Positions 41,583 through 54,238 are shown, counted from the stretch's first letter. The stretch: 56,622 nt of DNA from Mediterranea sp. (GCA_031259755.1 JAIRKY010000072.1:1-56622); one strand, 5' to 3'. Made by a program: numbers and translations. The notes: generated by a model from the letters alone, not told the origin.

Positions 41583-42029
41583 TTAGAGTTTTACTGCATT
41601 ACCACCAACTGCTTCAATTGCAGCAATAGCAGTTTTAGAGAATGCATGAGCTTGCACCTCCACTTTAACAGTCAAGGTTCCATTACCTAATACTTTTATT
41701 AAATGTTTTGAAGAAACAAATCCTGCTTCAATAAATTCGTTAACACCAACTTTATCCAGCCCTTTTGCTTCAGCAAGTTTTTGGATAGTATCCAGGTTAA
41801 TCGCTTTATACTCTACTCTATTGATGTTCTTAAAGCCAAACTTAGGGACACGGCGTTGCAAAGGCATCTGACCTCCTTCAAATCCAATCTTCTTAGAGTA
41901 ACCGGATCTTGATTTAGCGCCTTTATGACCTCTAGTGGAAGTACCTCCCAGACCTGAACCCGTACCACGACCAATTCTTTTTCTTGTCTTAGTAGACCCA
42001 TTTGCTGGTTTTAAATTACTTAAGTTCAT
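41583..42029 (-). CDS. rplO: 50S ribosomal protein L15
   Basis: RGHKGAKSRSG; GFEGGQMPL. Confidence 0.99.
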   Translation of the reverse strand: MNLSNLKPANGSTKTRKRIGRGTGSGLGGTSTRGHKGAKSRSGYSKKIGFEGGQMPLQRRVPKFGFKNINRVEYKAINLDTIQKLAEAKGLDKVGVNEFIEAGFVSSKHLIKVLGNGTLTVKVEVQAHAFSKTAIAAIEAVGGNAVKL

Positions 42030-42059
42030 ATTGTAATTCTTTTAATATTCGATGAATGA

Positions 42060-42236
42060 TTACTTAACGATAGTAACTAAGTGTTTCACCTTATTTACCA
42101 TACCAAGAATTGCAAGAGTTGCTTCATGTTCAACAACACGATTCAATTTGCGAAGTCCTAGTGCATCAAGCGTTCTTTTCTGATCTGCAGGAGCACCAAT
42201 TCTACTTTTAGTCTGTTTGATCTTTATAGTTGACAT
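42060..42236 (-). CDS. rpmD: 50S ribosomal protein L30
   Basis: Translated by hand, not in the ORF track: MSTIKIKQTKSRIGAPADQKRTLDALGLRKLNRVVEHEATLAILGMVNKVKHLVTIVK. Confidence 0.97.
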   Translation of the reverse strand: MSTIKIKQTKSRIGAPADQKRTLDALGLRKLNRVVEHEATLAILGMVNKVKHLVTIVK

Positions 42237-42248
42237 ATACTTCCCTCC

Positions 42249-42764
42249 TTATCCTCTAAATACTTTTTCCATACTAATTCTTCTGTTCTGAGCAACCATT
42301 CTAGCATCACGCATCTCGCTAAGAGCCAAAATTGTAGCCTTAACAAGGTTATGTGGATTAGAAGAGCCTTTTGACTTAGCCAAAACATCAGTAACACCAA
42401 CACTTTCTAATACAGCACGCATAGCGCCACCTGCTACTACTCCAGTACCGTGTGAAGCTGGTTTAATAAACACTTCAGCACCACCAAATTTTGCGACCTG
42501 CTCATGAGGAACCGTGCCTTTCAATATAGAAACTTTAACCAAATTCTTCTTTGCAGATTCAACACCTTTAGCAATAGCAGCAGTTACTTCACTTGCTTTG
42601 CCAAGACCCCAGCCGATAATTCCATCTTCGTTACCAACCACAACAATGGCAGAGAAACTAAATGTCCTACCCCCTTTGGTTACTTTGGTGACACGATTAA
42701 TAGCAACTAATCTATCCTTCAGTTCTATATCGTTAGTTATCTTTACTCTATTATCAATTGCCAT
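42249..42764 (-). CDS. rpsE: 30S ribosomal protein S5
   Basis: [12 protein letters not shown]; GTGVVAGG. Confidence 0.99.
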   Translation of the reverse strand: MAIDNRVKITNDIELKDRLVAINRVTKVTKGGRTFSFSAIVVVGNEDGIIGWGLGKASEVTAAIAKGVESAKKNLVKVSILKGTVPHEQVAKFGGAEVFIKPASHGTGVVAGGAMRAVLESVGVTDVLAKSKGSSNPHNLVKATILALSEMRDARMVAQNRRISMEKVFRG

Positions 42765-42769
42765 AATGA

Positions 42770-43114
42770 TTAAAATTTAAGTCCAGCATTACGAGCTGCA
42801 TCAGCAACTTCTTTAACTCTCCCATGATATAAATAACCGTTACGGTCGAAAACAACAGTTGTTATACCTGCTTCCTGAGCTTTCTTAGCAATTAACTCTC
42901 CAACTTTAGCCGCTTGTTCTCTCTTAGGCATTTTACCTTCCATACCTAAAGATGAAGCTGCTGCGAGTGTTTTACCTGAAAGGTCATTAATAATTTGCAC
43001 ATAGATTTGCTTATTACTTCTAAACACAGTCATACGAGGACGCTCAGTAGTACCTGAAATCTTATTACGTACTCTATATTTAATTTTAATTCGTCTTTCT
43101 ACTTTCGTTGTCAT
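42770..43114 (-). CDS. rplR: 50S ribosomal protein L18
   Basis: [11 protein letters not shown]; [14 protein letters not shown]. Confidence 0.99.
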   Translation of the reverse strand: MTTKVERRIKIKYRVRNKISGTTERPRMTVFRSNKQIYVQIINDLSGKTLAAASSLGMEGKMPKREQAAKVGELIAKKAQEAGITTVVFDRNGYLYHGRVKEVADAARNAGLKF

Positions 43115-43138
43115 AACAATACTAATTTACATCATTAT

Positions 43139-43693
43139 TTACTTAGCACCTGCTGATTTACCAGACTTTCTGCGAATTACTTCGCCAACAAACTTAATAC
43201 CTTTACCCTTATATGGTTCAGGCTTGCGGAAAGAACGTATTTTAGAGCAAACTTGACCAAGCAACTGCTTGTCACAAGATTCCAAAAGAATAAGAGGGTT
43301 CTTATTCCTTTCTGACTTCGTTTCAACTTTAATTTCCGGTGGCAACTGTATAAAGATAGGATGTGTATAACCTAACGACAACTCAATGGTATTACCATTG
43401 TTTGAAGCACGGTATCCCACACCTACAAGTTCCAATTCTTTTTTATATCCTTCTGACACACCAACAACCATGTTATTTACCAATGAACGATATAAACCGT
43501 GAAATGCACGTTCTTGTTTTTCATCACTGTTACGGCTCAAAGTAATCTGGCCATCTTTAACAGCAACATTTATCAGTGGGTTAATATACTGACTCAATTC
43601 TCCTTTTGGCCCTTTTACTGTAATGACATCATCTTTGAAATTCACAGTAACACCTACTGGTACGCTAATGGGTAGTTTTCCAATTCTTGACAT
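43139..43693 (-). CDS. rplF: 50S ribosomal protein L6
   Basis: MSRIGKLP start; PEPYKGKG. Confidence 0.98.
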   Translation of the reverse strand: MSRIGKLPISVPVGVTVNFKDDVITVKGPKGELSQYINPLINVAVKDGQITLSRNSDEKQERAFHGLYRSLVNNMVVGVSEGYKKELELVGVGYRASNNGNTIELSLGYTHPIFIQLPPEIKVETKSERNKNPLILLESCDKQLLGQVCSKIRSFRKPEPYKGKGIKFVGEVIRRKSGKSAGAK

Positions 43694-43707
43694 TACTTTT
43701 CCTCCTA

Positions 43708-44103
43708 TTAATAAATGTAGCACAATACTTCACCACCGATTTTCAATTCAGCAGCTTCTTTGTTTGTCATTACACCTTTGGAAGTAGATATTATTGCAAT
43801 ACCTAAACCATTAATAACACGCGGCATATCTTTGTAACCGGTATACTTACGTAAACCCGGAGAAGATATTCTTTGAAGTTTCTTGATTGCGTTAACTTTA
43901 TTAACCGTATCATACTTCAAAGCAACTTTTATAGTCCCTTGAGGACCTTCTTCTACAAACTTATAATTAAGGATGTAGCCTTTTTCAAAAAGAATCTTAG
44001 TGATTTCTTTTTTCAAGTTTGAGGCAGGAATTTCTACAACTCTGTGTTTTGCACTAATTGCATTCCTTAACCTCGTTAAATAATCTGCTATTGGATCAGT
44101 CAT
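43708..44103 (-). CDS. rpsH: 30S ribosomal protein S8
   Basis: DPIADYLTRLRNA; GLGIAIISTSKG. Confidence 0.99.
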   Translation of the reverse strand: MTDPIADYLTRLRNAISAKHRVVEIPASNLKKEITKILFEKGYILNYKFVEEGPQGTIKVALKYDTVNKVNAIKKLQRISSPGLRKYTGYKDMPRVINGLGIAIISTSKGVMTNKEAAELKIGGEVLCYIY

Positions 44104-44155
44104 ATAAAAATAATTAAATTAATCAGGCCTTCCCTGACAATATTTAAAATGAAAA

Positions 44156-44425
44156 TTACCAGCTTGCTTTCTTTACACCTGGAATAAGGCCATTAGATGC
44201 CATTTCACGAAACTGAATTCTAGAAATACCAAATTGACGAATATATCCTTTAGGACGACCAGTTAATTTACAACGATTATGCAAACGTACAGGAGATGCA
44301 TTCTTTGGCAAAGCCTGCAACGCTTCATAATTTCCCTCTTTTTTCAGCTGCGCTCTTTTCTCAGCATATTTGGCCACTAATTTCGCTCTCTTTACTTCGC
44401 GAGCTTTCATTGATTCTTTTGCCAT
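44156..44425 (-). CDS. rpsN: 30S ribosomal protein S14, 89-aa zinc-free form
   Basis: [10 protein letters not shown] start; NRCKLTGRP; PGVKKASW. Confidence 0.98.
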   Translation of the reverse strand: MAKESMKAREVKRAKLVAKYAEKRAQLKKEGNYEALQALPKNASPVRLHNRCKLTGRPKGYIRQFGISRIQFREMASNGLIPGVKKASW

Positions 44426-44429
44426 ATAA

Positions 44430-44987
44430 TCAGTCTTTTTTAGCGTTTTTAAATGGCAAACCAAATTCCTTCAATAGAGCATAACCCTCTTCGTCAGTTT
44501 GCGCAGAGGTTACAAAGGTAATATTCATACCTAAGATTCTTGTTATACTATCGATATTTATTTCAGGGAAAATGATTTGTTCCTGAATACCTAACGTATA
44601 GTTACCTTTTCCGTCGAATTTGCTTTCAATGCCTTTGAAGTCACGAATACGAGGCAAAGCTACACGAACTAACTTTTCGAGAAATTCGTACATTCTTTCA
44701 CGACGCAATGTCACCATTACTCCGATAGGCATTTTCTTACGCAATTTAAAGTTTGAAATGTCCTTACGAGAAACTGTTGCTACAGCTTTTTGGCCTGTAA
44801 TTGCAGTAATCTCGTTAATAGCCACTTCTATGATTTTCTTATCAGCGGTAGCCATACCTAAACCTTGATTGATAACAATCTTTTTAAGTACAGGTACCTG
44901 CATAGATGAAGAATATTCAAACTGTGATTTTAATGCAGGAACGATACGTTCTGCATATTCCTTCTTAAGGCTAGCAGTATTACTCAT
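44430..44987 (-). CDS. rplE: 50S ribosomal protein L5
   Basis: ITGQKA; LPRIRDFKG; FDGKGNY. Confidence 0.99.
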   Translation of the reverse strand: MSNTASLKKEYAERIVPALKSQFEYSSSMQVPVLKKIVINQGLGMATADKKIIEVAINEITAITGQKAVATVSRKDISNFKLRKKMPIGVMVTLRRERMYEFLEKLVRVALPRIRDFKGIESKFDGKGNYTLGIQEQIIFPEINIDSITRILGMNITFVTSAQTDEEGYALLKEFGLPFKNAKKD

Positions 44988-45307
44988 CACTTAATCTCCT
45001 CTCCCGATTTTTTAGAATAACGCACTAAAGTTCCGTCTGAACTTCTTTTTCTCCCGATACGAGTTGCTTTACCTGTCTTAGGATCAAGCGGGTTCAAGTT
45101 AGACAAGTGAATAGAAGCTTCCTGCTTAACAATACCACCTTGTGGGTTCTTAGCATTGGGTTTGGTACTTTTATGTACCATGTTAATACCCTCTACAATT
45201 GCACGTCCTTCTTTTACGAGAACCTTCAATACGCGACCAGTTTTACCTTTGTCTTCACCAGTATTTACGTAAACTGTATCGCCTTTTTTAATATGTAATT
45301 TACTCAT
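44987..45307 (-). CDS. rplX: 50S ribosomal protein L24
   Basis: IKKGDTV..TG.DKGK.G KOW motif. Confidence 0.99.
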   Translation of the reverse strand: MSKLHIKKGDTVYVNTGEDKGKTGRVLKVLVKEGRAIVEGINMVHKSTKPNAKNPQGGIVKQEASIHLSNLNPLDPKTGKATRIGRKRSSDGTLVRYSKKSGEEIK

Positions 45308-45327
45308 TACTCAAATCTTTTACAAAA

Positions 45328-45693
45328 TTAAAGTACTTCAGGTGCAAGTGATACCACTTTCATGTTTGTAGCACGAAGTTCTCTCGCTACAGGGCCAAAA
45401 ATACGACTACCTCTAATTTCACCGACGTTATTCAACAAAACGCAAGCGTTATCATCAAAACGTATATAAGAACCATCAGCACGACGAATTTCTTTCTTAG
45501 TACGTACAATCAAAGCTTTTGACACTGCACCTTTTTTAACATCACTAGCAGGGATTACGCTCTTCACAGAAACAACGATCACATCCCCAACTGAAGCGTA
45601 ACGACGACCTGTACCACCTAAAACACGGATACACAAAGCCTCTTTCGCTCCACTGTTGTCACACACTGTAAGTCTGGATTCTACTTGTATCAT
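45328..45693 (-). CDS. rplN: 50S ribosomal protein L14
   Basis: MIQ; DNSGAK; FDDNA; SLAPEVL. Confidence 0.99.
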   Translation of the reverse strand: MIQVESRLTVCDNSGAKEALCIRVLGGTGRRYASVGDVIVVSVKSVIPASDVKKGAVSKALIVRTKKEIRRADGSYIRFDDNACVLLNNVGEIRGSRIFGPVARELRATNMKVVSLAPEVL

Positions 45694-45695
45694 AA

Positions 45696-45965
45696 TTACT
45701 TAGCTCTTTCAATTATTTCTACTAATCTCCATCTTTTAGTCTTGCTCAAAGGACGAGTTTCCATAATGCGTACAGTATCACCTATATTGCATTCATTCTT
45801 TTCATCGTGAGCGTGGTATTTCTTCGTTTTACTAACGAACTTACCATACATAGGATGCTTTTCTTTGAATTTAGACGCAACAGTAATGGTTTTTTCCATT
45901 TTATTGCTAAGAACAACCCCCGTTCTTTCTTTTCTTAAATTTCTTGCTTCCATCAAGCTTATCAT
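45696..45965 (-). CDS. rpsQ: 30S ribosomal protein S17
   Basis: KMEKTITV; [11 protein letters not shown]. The start may be 45953. Confidence 0.98.
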   Translation of the reverse strand: MISLMEARNLRKERTGVVLSNKMEKTITVASKFKEKHPMYGKFVSKTKKYHAHDEKNECNIGDTVRIMETRPLSKTKRWRLVEIIERAK

Positions 45966-46157
45966 TTATTGTTTAATTCTCTCTCGCAATTCAGTTTTCA
46001 TGCGCGCAATATCTCTGCGTAATTGTTTAATCTTAGCAGGATTATCTAGAGGAGAAATAGAATGATTTAAAATTAATTGGTTATAATTAACCACTTCAGT
46101 TTCTACTCTTTCTACCAAGTCATTGGTAGTCATTTCTTTTATTTCTGTACTTTTCAT
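45966..46157 (-). CDS. rpmC: 50S ribosomal protein L29
   Basis: NPAKIKQLRRDIARMKT; operon position. Confidence 0.96.
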   Translation of the reverse strand: MKSTEIKEMTTNDLVERVETEVVNYNQLILNHSISPLDNPAKIKQLRRDIARMKTELRERIKQ

Positions 46158-46163
46158 AACACG

Positions 46164-46595
46164 TTACGCATTTTGGTTCTGATCATAATCGCGTCTTACG
46201 ATAAACTTCGTAGTAACAGGAAGCTTCTGAGCTGCTAAGCGTAATGCTTCTTTTGCGATTTCGTATGATACTCCTTCTACTTCAATAATAATTCTTCCCG
46301 GCGTAATTGGTGCAACAAATCCTTCTGGCGAACCTTTACCTTTACCCATACGCACTTCGGCTGGTTTCTTAGTAATTGGTTTATCAGGGAATATGCGAAT
46401 CCAAATTTGTCCTTGACGTTGCATATATCTTGTCACAGCAATACGAGCTGCTTCAATCTGTCTACCGGTAATCCATTTGCTTTGCAAGGATTTAATTCCA
46501 AAAGAACCAAAAGCAAGCTGGTTGCCTCTTTGGGCATTACCTTTCATGCGTCCCTTTTGTTGTCTTCTGAATTTTGTCTTTTTCGGTTGTAACAT
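46164..46595 (-). CDS. rplP: 50S ribosomal protein L16
   Basis: MLQPK; RMGKGKG. Confidence 0.99.
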   Translation of the reverse strand: MLQPKKTKFRRQQKGRMKGNAQRGNQLAFGSFGIKSLQSKWITGRQIEAARIAVTRYMQRQGQIWIRIFPDKPITKKPAEVRMGKGKGSPEGFVAPITPGRIIIEVEGVSYEIAKEALRLAAQKLPVTTKFIVRRDYDQNQNA

Positions 46596-46617
46596 GATTT
46601 CTAAAATTCAAATTCGT

Positions 46618-47343
46618 TTAGCGATTATTTTTCTTTCTTTTGAAACTCTTTCCACTGCCGTTGTTTCCACCACGACCACTTTCTTTGCTTTGAGTAAAAT
46701 TTGGAGCCAATTCTCTCTTACCAAACACTTCACCTCTACAGATCCAAACTTTGATACCTAAAAGACCAACTTTGGTCAACGCTTCTGCATGACAATAGTC
46801 AATATCTGCCCTAAAAGTATGTAACGGGGTTCTACCTTCTTTATACATTTCAGAACGAGCCATTTCAGCTCCATTTAAGCGTCCTGAAATTTGAATTTTG
46901 ATACCTTCAGCACCCATACGCATGGTATTTGCAATAGTCATCTTAATGGCACGGCGATAAGCAATTTTACCTTCTACCTGACGCGCGATGTTATTTGCAA
47001 CAATCACAGCATCAAGTTCCGGTCTTTTCACCTCAAAAATATTAATTTGGATATCTTTATCGGTAATCTTTTTCAACTCTTCCTTCAACTTATCAACCAC
47101 TTGTCCCCCTTTACCGATAATGAATCCCGGACGAGCAGTACAAACAGTAATAGTGACAAGCTTCAAAGTACGCTCGATGATGATTCTAGATATACTAGCA
47201 TTCGCAAGACGTGCATTCAGATATTTACGGATTTTGCTATCTTCTAACAGTGCATCACCGTAATCGTTACCACCATACCAATTAGAATCCCAACCTCTGA
47301 TGATTCCTAAACGGTTACTTATTGGATTTACTTTCTGTCCCAT
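46618..47343 (-). CDS. rpsC: 30S ribosomal protein S3
   Basis: MGQKVNP; [11 protein letters not shown]; [11 protein letters not shown]. Confidence 0.99.
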   Translation of the reverse strand: MGQKVNPISNRLGIIRGWDSNWYGGNDYGDALLEDSKIRKYLNARLANASISRIIIERTLKLVTITVCTARPGFIIGKGGQVVDKLKEELKKITDKDIQINIFEVKRPELDAVIVANNIARQVEGKIAYRRAIKMTIANTMRMGAEGIKIQISGRLNGAEMARSEMYKEGRTPLHTFRADIDYCHAEALTKVGLLGIKVWICRGEVFGKRELAPNFTQSKESGRGGNNGSGKSFKRKKNNR

Positions 47344-47345
47344 GC

Positions 47346-47756
47346 TTAAATCTGTTCTTCATTATTACTTTTTGAACCAACGAACAACGTTACGTGGTTT
47401 GAACGTTTACGAATTCTATATCCTCTACCTTGTGGAGCTGGTCTCATTCTTTTGAGTGTAGAACCACCATCAACATAGATCTTAGTCACAAACAATTCTC
47501 CACTTTCTGCTTTACGTTCATTTTTCTGCTCCCAATTAGCAACTGCAGAGCGCAATAATTTTTCCACTCTAGCAGCAGCTTCTTTAGAAGAAAACTTCAA
47601 AATACCAAGTGCTCTGTTCACCTCCATTCCACGGATCATGTCAGCCACGAGACGCATCTTGCGTGGAGAAGTAGGAACATTTTGCAATTTTGCAAAATAC
47701 ATGGTTTTTAAGGCTCTTTTTCTTTTTTCAGCCGATATTCTTTTTCTTGCTCCCAT
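47346..47756 (-). CDS. rplV: 50S ribosomal protein L22
   Basis: [13 protein letters not shown]; SAVAN; KRSNHVT. Confidence 0.99.
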   Translation of the reverse strand: MGARKRISAEKRKRALKTMYFAKLQNVPTSPRKMRLVADMIRGMEVNRALGILKFSSKEAAARVEKLLRSAVANWEQKNERKAESGELFVTKIYVDGGSTLKRMRPAPQGRGYRIRKRSNHVTLFVGSKSNNEEQI

Positions 47757-47791
47757 TATATTTATTACTTTATTATTTCAGATGAATTCCT

Positions 47792-48061
47792 TTATCTTTT
47801 CTTGTTACCGGCATGCCCTCTGAATGTACGAGTTGGAGCGAATTCACCCAACTTGTGACCTACCATATTTTCGGTAACATAAACAGGAATAAATTTATTC
47901 CCGTTATGAACTGCAACTGTATGCCCTACAAAGTCAGGCGAAATCATTGAAGCTCTAGCCCAAGTCTTAACTACAGATTTTTTGCCCGATTCATTCATAG
48001 CAAGAATCTTATTTTCAAGCTTTACGTTAATGTATGGACCTTTTTTTAAAGAACGACTCAT
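47792..48061 (-). CDS. rpsS: 30S ribosomal protein S19
   Basis: RSLKKGP; [13 protein letters not shown]. Confidence 0.99.
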   Translation of the reverse strand: MSRSLKKGPYINVKLENKILAMNESGKKSVVKTWARASMISPDFVGHTVAVHNGNKFIPVYVTENMVGHKLGEFAPTRTFRGHAGNKKR

Positions 48062-48081
48062 AGTTTACTCAATTAATCAGA

Positions 48082-48906
48082 TTACTTTTTTCTTCTCTCA
48101 ATAATGTACTTAGATGATTGTTTCTTAGGAGCTCTAGTCTTAAGTCCCTTAGCGTACAATCCTTTACGAGACCTTGGGTGTCCTCCGGAAGCACGTCCTT
48201 CACCACCGCCCATTGGGTGATCAACAGGATTCATAACCACACCACGGTTTCTCGGACGACGTCCAAACCAACGTGTACGACCAGCTTTACCTGATTTTTC
48301 CAACCCATGATCTGAGTTACCTACACTACCGATAGTAGCTTTACATGTACTAAGTATCTGTCTTACTTCACCTGAAGGCAATTTAATAACACAATACTTG
48401 CCTTCTCTTGAAGTCAACTGTGCAAAGTTTCCTGCTGATCTAACCAAAGCTGCACCTTGACCAGGACGTAATTCAATATTGTGAATTACAGTACCAACCG
48501 GAATGTTCTGCAAAGGAAGCGCGTTACCAATCTCTGGCGCCGCTTCTACCCCTGACATCAAAGTCGAACCAACTTGCAATCCATTGGGAGCAATAATATA
48601 TCTCTTTTCTCCATCTGCATAAAATAACAGAGCAATACGAGCCGAACGATTCGGATCATATTCAATTGTTTTAACTACTGCAGGAACACCGTCCTTGTTT
48701 CTCTTGAAATCAACAAGTCTAATCATCTTTCTGTGCCCGCCACCAATGTAGCGCATGGTCATTTTACCTTCGTTGTTACGACCGCCTGACGATTTCTTGC
48801 CATATACAAGAGACTTTTCTGGTACCCGTGCAGTAATTTCATGAAAAGTACCAATAATCTTATGTCTTTGCCCCGGTGTTGTGGGCTTAAATTTACGTAC
48901 TGCCAT
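48082..48906 (-). CDS. rplB: 50S ribosomal protein L2
   Basis: [12 protein letters not shown]; [13 protein letters not shown]. Confidence 0.99.
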   Translation of the reverse strand: MAVRKFKPTTPGQRHKIIGTFHEITARVPEKSLVYGKKSSGGRNNEGKMTMRYIGGGHRKMIRLVDFKRNKDGVPAVVKTIEYDPNRSARIALLFYADGEKRYIIAPNGLQVGSTLMSGVEAAPEIGNALPLQNIPVGTVIHNIELRPGQGAALVRSAGNFAQLTSREGKYCVIKLPSGEVRQILSTCKATIGSVGNSDHGLEKSGKAGRTRWFGRRPRNRGVVMNPVDHPMGGGEGRASGGHPRSRKGLYAKGLKTRAPKKQSSKYIIERRKK

Positions 48907-48911
48907 TTTTA

Positions 48912-49202
48912 TTAAATATTGCTATAAAAATCAATAGTATCTCCTTCCTTCAATGTTACTATTGCTTTTTTGTAAGCATTAGTTCTACCACTGATAATAC
49001 CGGATCTTGTATAACGACTCTTATTTTTGCCGATATATTTAGCGGTATTCACATCAACAACTGTAACATTATATAAGGCTTCAACTTCTTTCTTAATTTC
49101 AAGTTTGTTAGCATCAGGACGCACGATAAAGCCGAAACGGTTCAGTTTATCAGTTATTGCAGTCATTTTTTCTGTTACCAACGGTTTAATAATAATTCCC
49201 AT
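48912..49202 (-). CDS. rplW: 50S ribosomal protein L23
   Basis: PLVTEK; KKAIVTL. Confidence 0.98.
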   Translation of the reverse strand: MGIIIKPLVTEKMTAITDKLNRFGFIVRPDANKLEIKKEVEALYNVTVVDVNTAKYIGKNKSRYTRSGIISGRTNAYKKAIVTLKEGDTIDFYSNI

Positions 49203-49205
49203 TAT

Positions 49206-49844
49206 CTAAGCCTCCTTTTTACTTAAGATATTGTCAATAGCCGAGAGAGCACTTTCTGTAAGCACAACAACTCCAGCATCCAATACTCTATAAGTATTTA
49301 ATCCTGAAACAGTTTGCACATTGGCTTTCTCTACGTTACGAGCCGACAAATATACGTTTTTATTTGATTCTGATAAAACGACAAGTAACTTTTTGTCGGA
49401 TATTTTAAGATTTTTTGCCATTGAGATGAATTCCTTGCTCTTAGGCACTTCGAAACTGAAATCTTCAACAACAACAATTGCATTATCTTTAGCTTTATAA
49501 GATAAAGCAGACTTTCTAGCCAGCACTTTAACTTTCTTATTCAACTTGAAGAAGTAGTCTCTCGGTCTAGGACCAAACACGCGACCACCACCAATCAATA
49601 CAGGAGAGTTCACATCACCACGACGTGCACCACCGCCACCTTTTTGACGACCGATCTTGCGAGTAGATCCACTGACTTCACTTCTTTCTTTTGATTTATG
49701 TGTACCTTGACGCTGGTTGGCCATAAATTGCTTTACATCCAAGTAAATAGCGTGGTCGTTAGGCTCAATTCCGAAGATAGATTCGTTTAACGTAATCTTT
49801 CTCCCAGTGTCCTCACCTTTAATGTTATATACGTTAACTTCCAT
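49206..49844 (-). CDS. rplD: 50S ribosomal protein L4
   Basis: [12 protein letters not shown]; [10 protein letters not shown]; FGPRPR. Confidence 0.99.
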   Translation of the reverse strand: MEVNVYNIKGEDTGRKITLNESIFGIEPNDHAIYLDVKQFMANQRQGTHKSKERSEVSGSTRKIGRQKGGGGARRGDVNSPVLIGGGRVFGPRPRDYFFKLNKKVKVLARKSALSYKAKDNAIVVVEDFSFEVPKSKEFISMAKNLKISDKKLLVVLSESNKNVYLSARNVEKANVQTVSGLNTYRVLDAGVVVLTESALSAIDNILSKKEA

Positions 49845-50461
49845 TATTTCTCAATTAATACGATTGAACCTTTGCAACCAGGAATAGAACCTTTTATCAA
49901 AAGAAGATTATGATCCGCGATTACTTTTAATACTCTGAGGTTTTGGACAGTTACTCTGTCACCACCCATTTGCCCACCCATGCGCATTCCTTTGAAGACT
50001 TTTGCAGGATAAGAACAAGCGCCGATAGAACCCGGTTTACGGGCACGGTTATGCTGACCGTGTGTAGCCTGACCTACACCGCCAAAGCCATGTCTTTTAA
50101 CAACTCCCTGGAAACCTTTACCTTTAGAAATACCAACTACGTCGACAAAGTCAACGTCGCTGAACAATTCTACAGTAACGATGTCACCCAGATTTAATTC
50201 ACTCTCAAATTCTTTGAACTCGGCCAAGTGTCTCTTTGGTGTTACTCCGGCTCTATTAAAGTGTCCCATCAAGGCTTTAGTCGTGTGTTTATCCTTTTTA
50301 TCCTGGAAACCCAACTGCACTGCTTGATAGCCATCTTTTTCGACGGTTTTAACTTGAGTAACAACACAAGGACCTACTTCGATAACAGTGCATGGTACAT
50401 TTTTACCATCGGCACTGAATACGGATGTCATTCCGATTTTCTTTCCTAATAATCCTGGCAT
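49844..50461 (-). CDS. rplC: 50S ribosomal protein L3
   Basis: GKKIGMT; [13 protein letters not shown]. Confidence 0.99.
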   Translation of the reverse strand: MPGLLGKKIGMTSVFSADGKNVPCTVIEVGPCVVTQVKTVEKDGYQAVQLGFQDKKDKHTTKALMGHFNRAGVTPKRHLAEFKEFESELNLGDIVTVELFSDVDFVDVVGISKGKGFQGVVKRHGFGGVGQATHGQHNRARKPGSIGACSYPAKVFKGMRMGGQMGGDRVTVQNLRVLKVIADHNLLLIKGSIPGCKGSIVLIEK

Positions 50462-50480
50462 TTCACTAATTATTTAATTA

Positions 50481-50786
50481 TCAAACTTTAATTTCAACTT
50501 CGACACCACTAGGCAATTCCAACTTCATCAATGCATCTACTGTTTTAGCAGTTGAGCTATAGATGTCGATCAGTCTCTTGTATGAACTGAGTTCGAACTG
50601 TTCTCTTGATTTTTTATTCACGAATGTTGAACGATTCACTGTAAAAATACGTTTTTGCGTTGGAAGAGGAATTGGACCACTTACAATTGCACCTGTAGTT
50701 TTCACTGTTCTTACGATTTTTTCAGCCGACTTGTCTACCAAGTTGTGATCGTAAGACTTCAATTTAATTCTAATCTTTTGACTCAT
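50481..50786 (-). CDS. rpsJ: 30S ribosomal protein S10
   Basis: IRIKLKSYD; GPIPLPT; SREQFE. Confidence 0.99.
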   Translation of the reverse strand: MSQKIRIKLKSYDHNLVDKSAEKIVRTVKTTGAIVSGPIPLPTQKRIFTVNRSTFVNKKSREQFELSSYKRLIDIYSSTAKTVDALMKLELPSGVEVEIKV

Positions 50787-50858
50787 TTCTGTTTTTAATT
50801 ATATGTTATAAAAATAAAGCGACAGGCTAAGAGTCATTCACTAACCTGCTATCTTTTA

Positions 50859-52976
50859 TTAAATCAAGTCTACACGGCCTTTCACTTCTTCAAGCACTGT
50901 CCTGGCAATAGACTGAGACACTTGAGCGTGATGTGAATACGTCATGGATGAAGTTGCACGACCTGAAGTGATTGTACGTAATGCTGTAACATACCCGAAC
51001 ATTTCGGCCAATGGCACCATCGCTTTTACGATTCTTGCTCCAGAACGGCTCGATTCCATTCCTTCAACTTGACCGCGACGTTTGTTCAAATCACCAATTA
51101 CATCACCCATGTTTTCTTCTGGAGTAACAACCTCCAGCCTCATTATAGGTTCCATCAATACAGGACTAGCTTTAGCACATGCACTCTTATATGCCTGAAT
51201 AGCACAAATTTCGAATGACAACTGATCCGAGTCAACCGGATGAAATGAACCGTCAAGTAATGTCACTTTCAGTGAATCAAGTGGATATCCGGCCAAAATG
51301 CCATTTTTCATAGCTGTTTGGAAACCTTTTTGAACTGAAGGAATAAATTCTTTCGGAATGTTACCACCTTTCACCTCATCCACAAACTGAAGTCCACCTT
51401 GCTCATAGCTTTCATCGATAGGACCGATGTTAACAATGATATCAGCAAACTTACCACGACCACCTGATTGTTTTTTGTATACTTCACGCAAGTTAACGGC
51501 CTTAGTAATAGCTTCTTTGTAATTAACTTGCGGACGGCCTTGATTACATTCTACTTTGAACTCACGTTTCAGACGATCAATAATGATATCAAGGTGAAGC
51601 TCACCCATACCAGAGATAATTGTCTGTCCTGTTTGCTCATCAGTTCTAACTGTAAATGTTGGATCTTCTTCTGCAAGCTTAGCCAAACCATTAGACAATT
51701 TATCCATATCCTTCTGGGTTTTAGGCTCAACGGCAATACCAATTACAGTTTCAGGGAAGTCAATAGATTCTAGGATAATCGGTGCATTCTCATCACAAAG
51801 AGTATCACCTGTACGAATATCTTTGAAACCTACTCCTGCACCAATATCACCAGCAGCAATTACTTCAACCGGATTTTGTTTATTTGAATGCATCTGAAAT
51901 AAACGAGACACACGTTCTTTTTTCTCAGAACGAGCGTTATAAATGTAAGAACCTGCATCTATTCTACCTGAATACACACGAAAGAAAGTCAAACGACCTA
52001 CATAAGGGTCAGTTGCAATCTTAAATGCCAAAGCTGAAGTTTTTTCGTCTTCGCTTGGTTCTCTTGTTTCTTCTTCACCTGTATCAGGATTAGTTCCTAT
52101 TACAGCAGGTGTATCAAGTGGTGAAGGCAAAAATGCACAGACATAATCCAATAGAGTCTGCACACCTTTGTTTTTGAAAGAAGATCCGCAAAGCATAGGA
52201 ACGATTGCCATCTGAATTGTTGCATTGCGTAATGCTCTCAACACTTCTTCTTCAGTAATAGTTAAAGGATCATCGAAGTATTTCTCCATCAGTACATCAT
52301 CATATTCCGCTATCTTTTCAAGCATCTTATCTCTCCACTCATTACACTCGTCTACCAAATTTGCAGGTATCTCTTCAATATCATAGTCAGCGCCCATTGT
52401 TTCGTCGTGCCATAGAATAGCTTTCATACGAATCAAGTCTACCAAACCTTTGAAGTTTTCTTCTGCACCAATAGGCACAACAATTGGACATGGGTTTGCT
52501 CCCAAAATATCTTTCATTTGACGCACTACTTCAAAGAAGTCTGCACCAGAACGGTCCATTTTGTTCACGTAACCAATACGTGGAACATTATATTTATCAG
52601 CTTGTCTCCATACAGTTTCAGACTGTGGTTCTACACCACCTACTGCACAGTAGGTAGCAACAGCTCCGTCAAGCACACGCAGTGAACGTTCTACTTCAGC
52701 AGTAAAGTCAACGTGTCCCGGAGTATCAATTAAGTTGATCTTATAAGTGTTATTATCATATTTCCATCTTGTTGTTGTTGCAGCAGATGTAATAGTAATA
52801 CCACGTTCTTGCTCCTGCGCCATCCAGTCCATTGTTGCAGTACCATCATGTACTTCACCGATTTTATGTGTCAAACCCGTGTAGAACAAGATACGTTCAG
52901 AAGTTGTAGTCTTTCCGGCATCAATGTGAGCCATGATACCAATATTACGCGTCAAATGTAAATCTTGCTTTGCCAT
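50859..52976 (-). CDS. fusA: Elongation factor G
   Basis: AHIDAGKTT; RGITI; DTPGHVDF; NKMDR; GMGELHL. Confidence 0.99.
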   Translation of the reverse strand: MAKQDLHLTRNIGIMAHIDAGKTTTSERILFYTGLTHKIGEVHDGTATMDWMAQEQERGITITSAATTTRWKYDNNTYKINLIDTPGHVDFTAEVERSLRVLDGAVATYCAVGGVEPQSETVWRQADKYNVPRIGYVNKMDRSGADFFEVVRQMKDILGANPCPIVVPIGAEENFKGLVDLIRMKAILWHDETMGADYDIEEIPANLVDECNEWRDKMLEKIAEYDDVLMEKYFDDPLTITEEEVLRALRNATIQMAIVPMLCGSSFKNKGVQTLLDYVCAFLPSPLDTPAVIGTNPDTGEEETREPSEDEKTSALAFKIATDPYVGRLTFFRVYSGRIDAGSYIYNARSEKKERVSRLFQMHSNKQNPVEVIAAGDIGAGVGFKDIRTGDTLCDENAPIILESIDFPETVIGIAVEPKTQKDMDKLSNGLAKLAEEDPTFTVRTDEQTGQTIISGMGELHLDIIIDRLKREFKVECNQGRPQVNYKEAITKAVNLREVYKKQSGGRGKFADIIVNIGPIDESYEQGGLQFVDEVKGGNIPKEFIPSVQKGFQTAMKNGILAGYPLDSLKVTLLDGSFHPVDSDQLSFEICAIQAYKSACAKASPVLMEPIMRLEVVTPEENMGDVIGDLNKRRGQVEGMESSRSGARIVKAMVPLAEMFGYVTALRTITSGRATSSMTYSHHAQVSQSIARTVLEEVKGRVDLI

Positions 52977-53024
52977 TTCTAAATTCCTTCGCTTTCTATT
53001 TTTATATTTTGTTTTTCGCTCGTA

Positions 53025-53501
53025 TTAGAATCTAAAATGTGCAAAGGCTCTGTTGGCTTCAGCCATTCTATGCATATCTTCCTTACGCTTGAATGCTCCG
53101 CCTTGCTCATTGAATGCGTCCATGATCTCAGCAGCCAATTTATCTGCCATAGTCTTTCCACCTCTCTTGCGGGCATAAAGGATCAAATTCTTCATTGAAA
53201 CTGATTCTTTGCGATCAGGACGGATTTCTGTTGGAACCTGAAAGGTTGCCCCCCCCACGCGACGTGATTTCACCTCAACTTGTGGAGTTATATTATCCAA
53301 GGCTTTTTTCCAAATTTCAAGAGCTGATTTCTCTTCGTTGGGTAATTTGTTTTTCACTACTTCCAAAGCGGCGTAGAAGATTTCATAAGAAGTATTCTTT
53401 TTGCCATCATACATCAGATGATTTACGAACTTAGAAACCTTTTGGTCATTAAACACAGGATCCGGAAGGATTACGCGCTTTTTAGGTTTTGCTTTTCTCA
53501 T
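53025..53501 (-). CDS. rpsG: 30S ribosomal protein S7
   Basis: [12 protein letters not shown]; [12 protein letters not shown]. Start set at MRKAK. Confidence 0.99.
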   Translation of the reverse strand: MRKAKPKKRVILPDPVFNDQKVSKFVNHLMYDGKKNTSYEIFYAALEVVKNKLPNEEKSALEIWKKALDNITPQVEVKSRRVGGATFQVPTEIRPDRKESVSMKNLILYARKRGGKTMADKLAAEIMDAFNEQGGAFKRKEDMHRMAEANRAFAHFRF

Positions 53502-53636
53502 TTGTTTGATCAATAATGTTTCGTTTCTGGCTGCGATTATTTGTCTTCAACCCCCCACCGGGAAATTTACTCAACCTTTATGCTCATCCAACAAACTAAA
53601 ACGAGTTATACTTATTGTTTTTGCTATTTAATTCGC

Positions 53637-54044
53637 TTATTTTTTCTTTCCTGCAACTGCCGGAGATTGTCCTGGTTTTGGACGTTTAGCGCCATATTTA
53701 GAGCGTCTCTGAGTACGTCCGGCTACACCTGCTGTATCTAAAGTACCACGTACGATGTGATAACGTACCCCTGGAAGGTCTTTTACACGACCACCACGTA
53801 CAAGTACGATTGAGTGTTCCTGCAAGTTATGTCCTTCTCCCGGTATATAAGAGTTCACCTCTTTTTGGTTTGTCAAACGCACACGAGCTACTTTACGCAT
53901 CGCTGAATTTGGTTTTTTCGGAGTTGTTGTATAAACTCTCACGCAAACGCCACGTCTTTGAGGACATGAGTCTAAAGCCGGAGATTTACTTTTCTCCGTC
54001 AGAACTGTACGCCCTTTTCTTACTAGTTGCTGAATTGTAGGCAT
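53637..54044 (-). CDS. rpsL: 30S ribosomal protein S12
   Basis: MPTIQQLVR; PKKPNSA; [12 protein letters not shown]. Confidence 0.99.
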   Translation of the reverse strand: MPTIQQLVRKGRTVLTEKSKSPALDSCPQRRGVCVRVYTTTPKKPNSAMRKVARVRLTNQKEVNSYIPGEGHNLQEHSIVLVRGGRVKDLPGVRYHIVRGTLDTAGVAGRTQRRSKYGAKRPKPGQSPAVAGKKK

Positions 54045-54107
54045 TCTAATTGTTTTTTAGTTATATTTTATTGTTATTCATTATTCGCTATGATGCATTT
54101 TGGGCTG

Positions 54108-54115
54108 CAAAGTTA
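54108..54115 (-). promoter_or_regulatory. -7 element (TAACTTTG) of the rpsL operon promoter
   Basis: Exact TAnnTTTG match, with a TTG about 20 nt upstream. Confidence 0.65.
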
Positions 54116-54238
54116 CGAATAATATTTGAACTTTCAATTAATTACCTCTTATTTTTTTGTTACGATACGGTCATTTATCAATATTCTATACGTTTTTTTC
54201 ACCTGCCCTACCATAGAAAGTTGATGCAACTTATGCTT

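Noticed and set aside
39067-44425. Zinc-free L36 and S14 as a zinc-starvation adaptation
   Set aside because: These forms are standard in the main Bacteroides operon.
50481-54044. No tuf after fusA; str operon joined to the S10 operon
   Set aside because: This is the normal arrangement in Bacteroidetes.
36042-54044. Lower GC of the ribosomal cluster as a sign of horizontal transfer or chimerism
   Set aside because: AT-rich codon use in highly expressed Bacteroides genes explains it. GC was judged by eye only.
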